This document shows, piece after piece, positions 22,006 to 32,422 of a DNA stretch of 64,000 nt; the stretch's first letter is position 1; every line of letters starts with the position of its first letter. Source of the stretch: Chloropicon primus (lineage: Eukaryota). Location: positions 186,001 through 250,000 of the forward strand of contig CP060767.1 of the NCBI GenBank assembly GCA_023205875.1, in the 5' to 3' direction. The notes under the pieces are model-generated. The model was given only the letters and a program-made list of their open reading frames with translations. It did no database searches and had not been told where the DNA came from. A program made the translations under genes and the position numbers.

Positions 22006-23363
22006 ATGCTGGGTCGTCGCACCTTCATCGCGCTGGTTCTTCTGGCCCTGGGGCTCATCGATGGCGCAGCCTCGGTTTGGGTGGCGGGAGGGGACGGCGG
22101 CGATGGGGTGATGAGCCTCCTCCCTCGGTCGTCGGCAGGCGGGGAGGGAGGAGAGATGGGCGGCGTGGACTTCAGCAAAGTGGCGATGAAGAGCGTGCCT
22201 CACAAGAGTTGCAATCCATCGGACAAGGGATGCAAAGTGGTGAAGCCTCTGCTGACGGCGACCTTGGACCTCACCCCAGACGACCGGGGCTGCATTCCAC
22301 CGGCGAGCGATAATCCCGTCGCCCGGTCGATGAGTCCCGCGTATTGCGTCTTCAGCACATTGCCTCAGGAGTCCTTCTGGGTGAACCTGAACCCGAACGA
22401 GCCGAACCGAGTGATGGATCACCGGATGCAGGGGACGGAGACGGGGAGGATCCTCCTCGAGAGCGACCTCTGGCTGAAGAAGACGGCAGCGATCTACTTG
22501 CACCCCGACCACGCGTTGGGGGAAAAGTTTTGGAAGGAGGTATACGCCTGGGTCGGCAAGGGCAAGAACGGCAGGCTGTGCTATTCCCTGAGGCAGTGGA
22601 TCGTGCCCGGGGAGATCCAGATTGCCCACACCGTGGACAAGAATCGTGTCACCGTGCATCTGTTGAAGGCGACCATGTCCGTGAGGCACGAGAGCGCCTT
22701 TGAGGAGGTGAGTACAACACAGTGATGTCTCCAGTAACAATTCAGTCCCAAGATCGAATTGCTGACCCAAACCACCTGGCCCGCCTCTTCCACCTGCCGT
22801 GTGGGCCGCCATCAGGCCCTCAACGCCGAGAGCGGCAAGAGGAGCGCGAAGCGCGTGGAAGCGATGATGGATGTGATGTGCAAGGGGGCCAACAGGACGC
22901 TGAAGCGGCACGCGGAAGAGACGTACGAGGCTTTGGTGCTGCCCCACGTGGAGAAGCACGTGAACAGCGCGGCGGAGTACGAGAGGCTGAGGTTCATGTT
23001 CTACTGGCGAATCGTGAGCGAGTACGCGAAGAAATTGGCCGGAAGGGCGGGGCTCGGTGCTGCGGGTGGTGGGGGTGCCTCCGGAGACGACGAGGAAGTT
23101 CCCGCGGCAGCAGCGCACCCGGGTGAGGAGATGATGGGGGCAAGGGTGTCCTCAGCATCCGGGTTCGACGCTGGGGAGAACTTGACGAGGATCGATCCCA
23201 TCCAGGAGGAGGGCTGGACCAAGGAGGTCTTGTTCCGGTCGTACCTCCACTCCGTCTCCAAGGGGGAGTTCCTGCTGAAGCGGCAAGTGGAGGAGGACGG
23301 CGTCGGTGAGTCTGAGGAGGAGGAGGAGGATATGAGGAATGGTGATGAGGACGACGACGGATT

Positions 23364-23398
<35 letters not shown>

Positions 23399-23528
23399 TG
23401 TATGTGTGTGTGTGTGTGTGTGTGTGTCCCAAATGACTGACGTTGCCATCGCTTTCCTTTGCTCAGTGTATATGCGAACCTTCTTTCACGGCGCCATCAA
23501 CTGGTCGGACCCCTTCCTCTCCCCGTGA
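22006..23528 (+). CDS. Secreted protein with a conserved uncharacterised domain of apparent bacterial type, 3 exons
   Basis: Exons 22006-22707, 22816-23305 and 23467-23528 (GTGAGT donors, CAG acceptors, CTGAC branch sites) join in frame. Signal peptide MLGRRTFIALVLLALGLIDGAAS. Motifs: GGVDFS, FWVNLNPNEPNRVMD..TETGRILLESDLWLKK..HPD..GEKFW, RQWIVPG, LPHVEKHVNSAAEYERLR and GEF. Confidence 0.8.
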
Positions 23529-23695
23529 GGGTGAGCGAGAGGCAACCTTGGAACGAATCGTGATTATCATCTTGCAGTCATTGGGAAGTGCTCGTTAACC
23601 TGGGAATGTATCCTATTCTACTCCTCTGATGACCCCAATGACATCCCTACTCGTTCCAGAGCGAAACCAAAGAAAGGAGAACTCGCTGCTCATCA

Positions 23696-24223
23696 TGGTC
23701 CTTCCTCACTCACTCATGATCCCAGGCTTGTTCCCAGGCAAGGATCAGGAGCTTTTCAGGAGAGAGAGAGATTGCCCATCAATCTTGAATCTTGGGAGGG
23801 ACAATCCCAATTCCCGGAGCCTACTCCAGGATCAAAGAAGAAACCCGATTCTCCTTCGTCCTTCCGCTTCCTCACTCACTCACTCATGATCCCAGGCTTG
23901 TTCCCAGGCAAGGATCAGGAGCTTTTGAGAGAAAGGAAAGGGAGCTCCCCAATCTTAAATCTTGGGAGGGACAATCCCAATTCCCGGAGCCTACTCCAGG
24001 ATCAAAGAAGAAACCCGATTCTCCTTCGTCCTTCCGCTTCCTCACTCACTCACTCATGATCCCAGGCTTGTTCCCAGGCAAGGATCAGGAGCTTTTGAGA
24101 GAAAGGAAAGGGAGCTCCCCAATCTTGAATCTTGGGAGGGACAATCCCAATTCCCGGAGCCTACTCCAGGATCAAAGAAGAAACCCGATTCTCCTTCGTC
24201 CTTCGCTTCCTTCCTCACACATG
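23696..24223. repeat. Near-perfect tandem array, 3 copies of a 170-bp unit
   Basis: CTCATGATCCCAGGCTTGTTCCCAGGCAAGGATCAGG recurs with ATGAT at 23716, 23886 and 24056, an exact 170-bp period. Confidence 0.97.
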
Positions 24224-24297
24224 AGTGGTTGGTTTCCCGGCAAACTCGCAAACTTGGGGGTCATTTCGTGTATAATTAACGTCTATCATGGAATATA

Positions 24298-24307
24298 TTT
24301 TCGCGCC
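24298..24307 (+). promoter_or_regulatory. E2F-like site upstream of H2A.Z
   Basis: TTTTCGCGCC matches the E2F consensus TTTSSCGC about 125 bp before the ATG. The motif is short and could be chance. Confidence 0.35.
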
Positions 24308-24429
24308 AATCGAGACTCGTTTGAAATTCGATTCAAATTCGACAGCCCAGAGGAAGAGAAGCAGAACACACGACGACGCTGTCGACGAAGGACGAAGACG
24401 ACGAGGACGAAGAGTAACGTGAAGCCACA

Positions 24430-25100
24430 ATGACCGGAAAGGGAGCGAAGGGAGCCAAGGGCGCCAAGGGTGCCATGTCCGACAAGAAGAAGGTAAGATC
24501 CTCCCCCTCCCCTCCCTTGTCTCTCATCATCAACATCCATTCTCTTTGTTCCTCAAAACAAAACCTCTCGAAACCTCCAACTGGTTTTGAGGTCGAGAGA
24601 GAGAGAGTGTGTGTGTGTGTGGAGATCGAACGCGTGCATGGTGTAATGTGCGTGATCCTCGCCGGCATCTTCCCCTCCCGATGCTTTGACGCTCGCTCTT
24701 TGCAAGTGGCTGACCCATTTTGAATTCCAACTCGTCATGGTTTTGGTTTTGTTTTGTCTAGCCTGTGAGCCGTTCGGCCAAGGCCGGACTTCAGTTCCCA
24801 GTCGGACGTATCCACCGTTACTTGAAGGGGAGAACCGCTTCCGGTGGACGTGTCGGTGGAACCGCCGCCGTGTACTCTGCTGCCATCCTCGAGTACTTGA
24901 CCGCTGAGGTGCTCGAGTTGGCCGGTAACGCGTCCAAGGATCTTAAGGTCAAGAGAATCACCCCAAGGCATCTCCAGTTGGCCATCAGGGGAGATGAGGA
25001 GCTCGATACCCTGATCAAGGCCACCATCGCTGGTGGTGGTGTCATCCCTCACATCCACAAGTCCCTCATCACCAAGAGCGGAAAGAAGAAGTTCGACTAA
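24430..25100 (+). CDS. H2AZ: Histone variant H2A.Z, 2 exons
   Basis: Exons 24430-24492 ([21 protein letters not shown]) and 24762-25100 ([87 protein letters not shown]), carrying H2A.Z-diagnostic residues. Confidence 0.97.
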
Positions 25101-25187
25101 ATAATTTCAGTTTTTTTGGTGTATACTTCTTGAACTTCGCGATAGAAACTCTTATCTGTCGTGGTCCATGTTGCAGCATCAAACACG

Positions 25188-26779
25188 TTACGCTTCGCCG
25201 CAGCAGCCCGCGCTCGTGCAAGCGATGTGCGCCGCTTCCGTTTCCCCCAAGTCGTCGCTCGGGAGGCCCTCAAAGTGAACCCCGTCCCCGACAAGCATCC
25301 GGTTCATGAGCTCTACCGCCGTCCTCGTGTGCATCGTGGGCCTCCCGCACCGCACCCCGTGGATTCCCCTCAGCAATGCCATGAAAACCAGCAGCTGGTC
25401 CTGCAGATGGTCGTCGACCTCCGACCCTCTCCGCAGGGCATCCGCCAGCTCACCCAAGCAAGGCTTCAATTGGGCTTGCCACTTTCCCTTGGCATTCACC
25501 ACCGTGCTGGAGCCCAAGATTCTCCCGTCCTGCATGTGAGCCGCGAAGACCACACCTAGACCGGGACTCAAGCTCTCGCCATCGAACATAGTCGTCGCTT
25601 CGAAAGAGGTGCCCTTCCCGATCCACTCCGCGAGGCTCTCCCTCGCCACCTTGTCCATTATCCTCGCAAACGCCTTTCTCTGCTGTGGATTGAAATCCTT
25701 GTCACTGCCACCGCAGACGATCACCGTACGGAAACCATCCATGTCACGGGACTCGAGTCTCTCGTCGCAGGATGCTTTGTTCCCCCTCCGAGGAGGCTTC
25801 TCGGATCCCGACTTGAAGCCAACCTCGACCTTCACCTCCCCCTTCCCCTTGGGAAAGAAGCCTCGACGGCTCACCGTGGCCTTGAGCTCGATCCCAAACC
25901 GATCCAGAAGGTGAGGCGCCAGGACCAACTTGATGTAGTCCACCAGGGGCGCGAATGGGACGTCAGTTCCACCCCTGATGACCATGGTCTGCTTCAAGCC
26001 CGGGCCGGATGATGGCTCTGTACTCGTCATCCGAGGTCTCTTGGATTCCGAGGAGCAGCGCCCTTTGCCCAAAAGCATCGATGCAACCAAGCAAGGCAGG
26101 GCAGTCTGCATGATGAGTGTGCACGATCCAGCCGTCTTGACGTCAACAACGTGGGTGTGACCATAAACCCTCTCGTCACCACGGAGGATCCTCTCCAGGA
26201 ATTCTCCCTTGGGATCGTACTCCACTTCCATGGAACCCACTTGGAGTCCAGTCATCTCCCCTCCACAGAAGCTCTGCACGAACTCCAAGCCACAGAGGTG
26301 CTGCAGGGATGACGCAAAACACAAAACAACCATCAGAGTGTCAGCTCATTGTGCCATCCAGTTGGCAATGGTTGCGAGCAAAGCAAAGCCAGAGACACCA
26401 CGGCATCATTCGGTGAAGATCCAACGAGCCATCGAACCAAAGAGAACACACACACATAGAGAGAGAGAGAAAGAGAGAGAGAGAGAATGTCTGTAATTGC
26501 ATCGTGACCTCCTCCTCCTCCTCTTTCCAAAGATCCCTCACTCCTTGACACTCTCATCACGATGCTAATGCTGCTGCTGGGATGAAGATGAAGCTAGCTT
26601 ACCTGTGGTCTCAAACCAGGTTTCTTCCTCTTTCCTCGTATCGATTGGATGACGACCTTCTTGTTCCATATCGCGGCGATGACCGAACTTATCCGAAGGA
26701 TCTGTCCACCGCCTTCCATCTCTTCCCCGTGGATCACCAACCTTCCTTTCTCATCCTCATCCTCCACGAGGGTCGCCAT
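25188..26779 (-). CDS. RTCA: RNA 3'-terminal phosphate cyclase (RtcA type), 2 exons
   Basis: Exon 1 (26779-26603: EGGGQILRIS..IRGKRKKPGLRPQ) joins exon 2 (26300-25188: HLCGL.., TAGSCTLIMQTALP, RGGTDVPFAP, RGFFPKGKGEV, VDDHLQDQLLVFMAL). The catalytic His is present, which favours RtcA over Rcl1. Confidence 0.88.
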
Positions 26780-26817
26780 GGTTCCCTACACAACTGGCAG
26801 GACCCCTGTCGCATGCC

Positions 26818-28022
26818 ATGCCATTGCCATGCAAGGTGGGTCGCCTTCGTGGGAGCATGATGCTTACGGGAGCGACGCGTCGGTTAAACCTGCGACGAGG
26901 AGCGTTACTTTTCAACGTCGCGTCGTCCTCCTCCGTGAGGAATCCTGTTGGCGTTGGAAGAAAGGGAAAGGTGAACTGGATGCCGCGATGCAGTGGAGCA
27001 CGAGGTGAGTTTGAGAGAGTTCCAGGCGGAGAGGAAGGGAAAAGTGGTGTGAGATGGAGTGAGAGATGGAACCGCTTTGTGATTCTCTTTCGAAGGAGCC
27101 GCCGCTTGGGAGGAGTGACGCAAGGGTGAGGAAATGAACAACTAAAAAGCATGATGATCTGCTTGGCATTGCAGGGGACACTGTGGACGTGTACTGGATC
27201 GGACTGGACAAGTACGGAGGTTGTGACGGTTTGATCAAGGTGGTGGGCGAGAGGTACCTCTGCGAGGAGGACTGGGAGGTTGTGGAGTCAACGAAGGATG
27301 AGAGAACCAAGGTGCAGCGGCTGGTGAGCAGAGCGCTGAGGAGGTGGGTGCTGGCACAGTACGAAGGTGTTGAAGGGAAGGAGCTGGCGTTCGGGAAGGA
27401 TGACAAGGGGAAGCCCTACTTGAGGGGTAGCAGGACGGGGGTTGAGTTCAATGTCACGCACACCCCATCCGTTGCGAGCGTCTGCGTGGGCAGGGACCGG
27501 GCCGTTGGGGTGGACGCCGAGACCACCAGCAGGAGAACGAAGGGGGGGGTGGAGAGGATTGCGAAGAGGTGGTTCTCTCAGCGGGAGCTCTCGAAGCTCG
27601 AAGATATGGACTCACCAGGTGGCACGAGCGAGGTTCCCAGAATGAGGAGGTTCTACCGCCTTTGGACGCTGAAAGAAGCGTTTCTGAAGGCCACGGGACT
27701 GGGCATCAGCTCAGGCATCAGCCTGCGGCGATGTGCGTTCGACTTTGAGGACGAGGAGGTCGAAACGGGCGAGTCCATATCGACCAAGATTCGATTTGAG
27801 ATTCTCGGTGGTGAACGGGGGGGCTCGGACAACCCCGTGCCGCCTGAACCCACGTTGCTTGGGGAGGATTGGGGCTTTGCCACGTTCGAACCCAGGCGGG
27901 GCGACATCATTTCCCTTTGCTGGAGGAGGAAGGAGGACGAGAGCGCACAAGAGACCAAGGATACGCTCGTTAGGCCATTCATTTGTACGATAACACCAGA
28001 GGGTGAGATAACAAGCATGTAA
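26818..28022 (+). CDS. Sfp-type 4'-phosphopantetheinyl transferase with a probable organellar targeting peptide, 2 exons
   Basis: Exon 1 (26818 or 26857 to 27004) and exon 2 (27175-28022) are in frame. Motifs: GKPYL, EFNVTHT, VGVDAE, RWFS..E and FYRLWTLKEAFLKATGLGI. The start codon is uncertain. Confidence 0.85.
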
Positions 28023-28092
28023 AGAAGAAGAACTTGTAGTACTTGCCGCAGCGCATAACCGAGCCTAGCAAGTGTGTGTGTGTGTTATGTTA

Positions 28093-29931
28093 TTAGGTTG
28101 TTTGGCTCGAATGCAAGCTTGAAAGTTGGATCCCCTGACCCAGCGGCGGCAAGGGGGAGAGCTGACCCTTTCCCCTTCTCCAGAGCCCAAACCCAGTCAA
28201 AACCACCAATACCGACATCATGACCCAGCCTGCAACTTCGATGGACTTGTTTCCTGGTGGTAGGACGTCGGACGTCGCGTTGAAATAGAGCTGGTAGATA
28301 AAGAGGCCCAGGGTGCTAATGGGAATCGCAAGGTACAGATCAAAATAGCAGCCGTACTTTGGATACATGGATCGCTTGCCATCAGTTGCTAGCCGCAGCG
28401 CATATTCGAGTCTTGGAAACGAGAAGTCGAACATGAAGACCACGCTTTCCACAAAGCAGATGAAGAGAAGGAAATTCGTCCCGACGAAGTTGTCCATGGA
28501 ATCGAGCACATTCGTTCCCCAAGAGTAGCAGTACGGCAAGCCGGCAAGAAAGCACATGGCAGACAACGCTGCAGATATCTTCCAGGATGCCACCTTGTAG
28601 TCGTGCTCCTCGAGGACGTCAGCCACGGTTGCCGTGAGCGTTTCTGACCACGCGTATGCCGAATCCAAACCAAGAGTAAAGAGCATCACAAAGAAGAGCA
28701 CTGACATGACATTAGCAGCACTGGGACCAAAAGTCGGCATGGCAGAGGCAATAACAATGAATGCCAGTCCCGTTCCACTCCTGGAAGCAATGGTAGAGAC
28801 CTCCTCGTTCTCTTGGTAGGCAAGGTTTCCGAGGATCGCAAAAACAGCAAAACCCGCAGCCACGGCAAACAGTGTGTTTGCGCAGCTGGTAATGAGTGCG
28901 GCCATGTAGACGTCCTCCCTGTCCTTCGTGTGACTGCTCATCGTAATCGCCGTTCCAAAACCCGGGCTGAGGCTGAAGAGACACTGCGAGAGAGCTGCAG
29001 CCCAAACGTTCAAGTCCAAGAGCTTGTCCGTCTCGAACTTGAAGATATAATACCGTATGCCATCCATCGCCCCAGGCAGGAACGCTGCCCTGATGATGAG
29101 GACCACAACTAGTACACAAGGAGCGATGACGGTCACGTATGTGATCTTCGAGAGGACCTCCTTGCCGAAAGCGATCGAAAAGTAGATGATCAACCACAAG
29201 CCAGCGTAAGACAGCAGCAGTGGGGTCTGCATGGTGTTGGAGCTCGCGTCGATGAGATCCTCGCCGTCGTCCTTCGTTTTCGCACCAAGGATGTCTACAA
29301 ACCAGTGCTCCTCTGCAGTCTTGCCTTCTTCGGTCCAAGGCAAAGGCTCCAAGCAAGACCCGTAGATATAAGGAATCGTATACGCGATGATCATGACAAA
29401 GTACGACTGGACGATGAAGCACAGCAGGAACTGCGAGCATCCCAGTCCAATCCATCGAGGCCTGACGTAAACCCACGCCGGCAGAGCGCTTAGTCTTGTG
29501 TACTGCCCCAGGACCATCTCATAGAGGAACAAGGGTGTCGCGATGAACAGGAAGGAGACCAGATAGGCAAGCAGCGAAGCGGCACCACCATCCCTAGCGA
29601 TGACGTAACAGAACCTCCAAACGTTACCGATTCCTATGGCGTACCCAATCAATCCGAACAGATACTGAGAGCTTGACCACTTCTCCCTGGCCTCGGCGGC
29701 GCCGTGTTCAGCGAAGCTATCACTAGGGTGACCTCGATCCAGCAACTCACTGTCACTCTGCTCGTCATCATCTTCCGCTCCTGTCGTTGCCGTGGTAGAT
29801 CCTTCACTCGCAGTCGTCGCCCTCACCCCTCTCCACTTCTTCCACAAGTAGTCAACCAAGTACAGCGCCGGACCCACGAGCACGATCGCCACCAGGGTCA
29901 GCGTCCCGCTCCACGATACTCTCGCCGTCAT
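28093..29931 (-). CDS. Sodium:neurotransmitter symporter (SLC6/NSS) family transporter, probably for amino acids or osmolytes
   Basis: REKWSS..LFGLIGYAIGIGNVWRF..GGA..Y..PLFLYEMVLGQY, VWAAALSQCLFSLSPGFG, GTGLAF and LFFVMLFTLGLDS; about 12 hydrophobic segments. The first in-frame ATG is at 29931. Confidence 0.9.
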   Translation of the reverse strand: MTARVSWSGTLTLVAIVLVGPALYLVDYLWKKWRGVRATTASEGSTTATTGAEDDDEQSDSELLDRGHPSDSFAEHGAAEAREKWSSSQYLFGLIGYAIGIGNVWRFCYVIARDGGAASLLAYLVSFLFIATPLFLYEMVLGQYTRLSALPAWVYVRPRWIGLGCSQFLLCFIVQSYFVMIIAYTIPYIYGSCLEPLPWTEEGKTAEEHWFVDILGAKTKDDGEDLIDASSNTMQTPLLLSYAGLWLIIYFSIAFGKEVLSKITYVTVIAPCVLVVVLIIRAAFLPGAMDGIRYYIFKFETDKLLDLNVWAAALSQCLFSLSPGFGTAITMSSHTKDREDVYMAALITSCANTLFAVAAGFAVFAILGNLAYQENEEVSTIASRSGTGLAFIVIASAMPTFGPSAANVMSVLFFVMLFTLGLDSAYAWSETLTATVADVLEEHDYKVASWKISAALSAMCFLAGLPYCYSWGTNVLDSMDNFVGTNFLLFICFVESVVFMFDFSFPRLEYALRLATDGKRSMYPKYGCYFDLYLAIPISTLGLFIYQLYFNATSDVLPPGNKSIEVAGWVMMSVLVVLTGFGLWRRGKGQLSPLPPLGQGIQLSSLHSSQTT

Positions 29932-30022
29932 CGTACCTTCCCTGACCCCTCGGTTGGCGTTGGCCTCATCGCCATCGCCATCGCACGCCAGCAGCCGTTT
30001 CAATTGTGAGAACGTAACGGCC

Positions 30023-30125
30023 GGGGACTCGAGAGAAGACGAGGAAGAAGACGAAGGAGGGGACACGGGGACGAAAGGAGACGCGAGAGGTGGAAGCAGC
30101 TTCGTGTTCTCTTGCTCTTTCGAAC
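30023..30125 (+). repeat. 103-bp sequence with an identical inverted copy at 37265-37367
   Basis: GGGGACTCGAGAGAAGAC...CTCTTGCTCTTTCGAAC is base-for-base the reverse complement of 37265-37367. Confidence 0.97.
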
Positions 30126-30196
30126 GAGCCCTCGCGCGAAAGAAACGAAGACCCAGTGGTGATGAGGATCATCCGAGAAGCACGTGACGGTGGAAG

Positions 30197-31234
30197 ATGG
30201 CGGTGACAGGGGAAGCGAGCGAGAGGCCGAGGGCGGAGGGAAGGGATGCGTTGGACGTGCTGCCAGAGGCCTTGTGGCTCATCATCGAAAAGCACGTGCG
30301 CCCCTACGACCGGATCGCTTTCGCGCTGACCTGCAGGACCTTCCTCGAGTCGGCGTGGACGACGGCAGCGAGCCTTAACGAGAAGGAGGAGAAGCCTCTT
30401 CCTCTGAGGACGGACCTGACGGACGGCAAGGTTTTCGAGCAGATGCCTTGCTTCAGCATGGGTTGGTTCCAGTGAGTGTTTCACTCTTTCAAGAGGAAGA
30501 AGGGAGCGGCGAAAGATCAGAGAGATGGGGAGTACCTCGACCACTTCTATGACGCTGACCTGCTGCACCTCGCTGCTTCCCAAGGCAGCAAGAAGGTGGT
30601 GAAGTGGTTGGTGAGTCAAGGAATCCCTTTGAATGTGACGTGCAGGGGTGGCGTATTGGGCTCTGAAGCGGTTTACGGAGTGGCAGCTCGAGCTGCTACT
30701 GCTGGCGGACATATTGAGACATTGGAATGGTAGAGGAGCGAGGGGTGCGAGTTCGATGAGAATACTTGTAGATTTGCAGCTGAAGGAGGTCACCTTGATG
30801 TCCTGCAGTGGGTTCGAAGCCAGAATCCGCCTTGCCCTTGGGAAGCGAACACTTGTAGAGGGACAGCTTACAGAGGTCACCTTTATGTTCTCAAGTGGGC
30901 TCGAAGCCAGGATCCGCCTTGCCCTTGGGACGAGGAGACTTGTTCTTATGCAGCTATTGGAGGTCGCCTTGACATGCTGCAGTGGGCTCGAAGCCAGGAT
31001 CCGCCTTGCCCTTGGGATCCAGAGGACTGCATAGAAATGGCCAATAGAACGGAGGACTTCCACGTCGTCGATTGGGTTGACACCTGGCTTTTCGAGATTG
31101 AGAGTTTTAGGAGGCGCACACAAATTGCACGTACGAACCTTTGCTTGGTATTAGTTTTCGTTTTCGTTCATGTTTTCGTTTATGTTTTAGTCACTTTGTT
31201 GGTTGGCGAGCGATCCATGGCTCATCAAGGCTGA
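30197..31234 (+). pseudogene. F-box-like + ankyrin-like repeat (WxRSQDPPCPW) gene interrupted by two in-frame stops
   Basis: One continuous frame. F-box-like LDVLPEALWLIIEKHVRPYDRIAFALTCRTF; TGA at 30473-30475 (GWFQ*VF) and TAG at 30731-30733 (LEW*RSEG); then 29-aa repeats TCxxAAxGGHLDVLQWxRSQDPPCPW. Confidence 0.85.
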
Positions 31235-31240
31235 GGCCAC

Positions 31241-32113
31241 TCAAGCGCGAACGTCGCACTCCTTCTCTATCTGCTCCAGAAAATTCACCATGACAGTGTG
31301 CCTCTCTTCCGCAAGCGCCTTTCCCCTCTCAGTCTTCATCATCCCCTTCAACTTGAGCAGCTTCTCATAGAAATGACCGACGCAAGTCTTGTAGAGGATC
31401 CCTGTCTCGTTGCAGTCTTTGGCGTCTCCGTCGTTGTTCATGGGACGCCAATCGATTATCGTGCTGTTCCTCGAGCCACCGAACATGAAGCACCTAGCTA
31501 TGCCAACCGCACCAATCGCATCTAGCCTGTCTGCATCCTGCACAACTTTAAGTTCGAGAGGGAGCTCGTATCCCTCGCAGGATCCCTTTGACTCGTCCTT
31601 GAAACTCATGTTCCGTATCACAAAGTGAATCAGTTCCTTCTCCTTCTCCATCAGCAACCCACCCTTTACCTTGTCGTCGATGAACTTGTCCAACTGGGCC
31701 TGCCTGTCCTCATGCCCGGCATACTTCGTGTCCGCAACGTCATGAAGCAGTGCTATCACCTGCAGAGAGAACATCACCAGCATCATCATCACCAGCATCA
31801 TTGTCAGTCCAACGATTCACACCATGAAAGAGAAAGAGAGGGAGAGAGAATGATCAAGGTACGGAATGTTTCTCACCTCAACGACCAAAGCCTGTCTTTC
31901 GGTGAGACCCTCGTGCCTGGCGATGTCCACCACGTTCTTCCTCACTCGGAGGATGTGATGCCAATCGTGTGAACCATCAAAGCTCTCCGCTTGGAACAAA
32001 TCCTTCACGAAAGTCGAGGTGAGGTCCACGACGGAGGAGGAGGAGGAGGAGGAGATGACGCCCTTCTCCTTCCGCGGCCTCTTCAAGTCCTGCACTGTGC
32101 GCGAGCTCACCAT
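31241..32113 (-). CDS. HD-domain metal-dependent phosphohydrolase (YedJ/YpgQ-like), 2 exons
   Basis: Exons 32113-31877 (SHDWHHILRV) and 31759-31241 (ALLHDVADTKY..VVQDADRLDAIGAVGIARCF..HFYEKLLKLKGMMKTERGK..ERH). Confidence 0.88.
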
Positions 32114-32136
32114 CCTCTCTCTCTCTCTGAGCGAGC

Positions 32137-32190
32137 TGGCGGGAAAAAGATAAAAAATGAACCAAAAAAAACTTGCCGAGATGGCGGGAA
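32137..32190. promoter_or_regulatory. Two E2F-like sites in the short divergent promoter
   Basis: TGGCGGGAAA (32137-32146) and TGGCGGGAA (32182-32190) are the reverse complement of the canonical TTTCCCGCCA. Confidence 0.35.
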
Positions 32191-32422
32191 TGGCTCATCC
32201 TCTCAGAACCGCCATCGAGGAGAGGGAAAAGAACGACGGTGGTGACGCGTAAAAGCGGTGGAGAGGAGTATCAATCGAAAGTACATCTCAAGGGCTTTCG
32301 ATTGATCCCTTACTCGACGCGTTTGGCTCACGTAGTGACTGGAAATTGTTTGTTCTAGGAGCTGGAAGGTGTGGAGCATCATGGCACAGGTGCCGAGGGA
32401 TTAGCAACTCAAGGGGAGTGAG

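Noticed and set aside
20908..24223. Tandem arrays as CRISPR arrays or protein-coding repeats
   Set aside because: Whole units repeat with no unique spacers, there are no cas genes and the context is eukaryotic. The ORFs over them are short, shift frame between units and are low-complexity.
1312..28022. Fatty-acid or polyketide gene cluster (desaturase plus PPTase)
   Set aside because: The genes are 24 kb apart with unrelated housekeeping genes between them, and no ACP, PKS or NRPS is present.
29932..30066. N-terminal extension of the NSS transporter from the GTG at 30066
   Set aside because: It uses a non-ATG start and runs into the 103-bp repeated leader; ATG 29931 is more plausible.
30473..30733. 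Stop-codon reassignment or selenocysteine readthrough
   Set aside because: Two different stops (TGA and TAG) occur at W and L positions, and neighbouring genes use TGA, TAG and TAA as normal terminators. Pseudogenisation is simpler.
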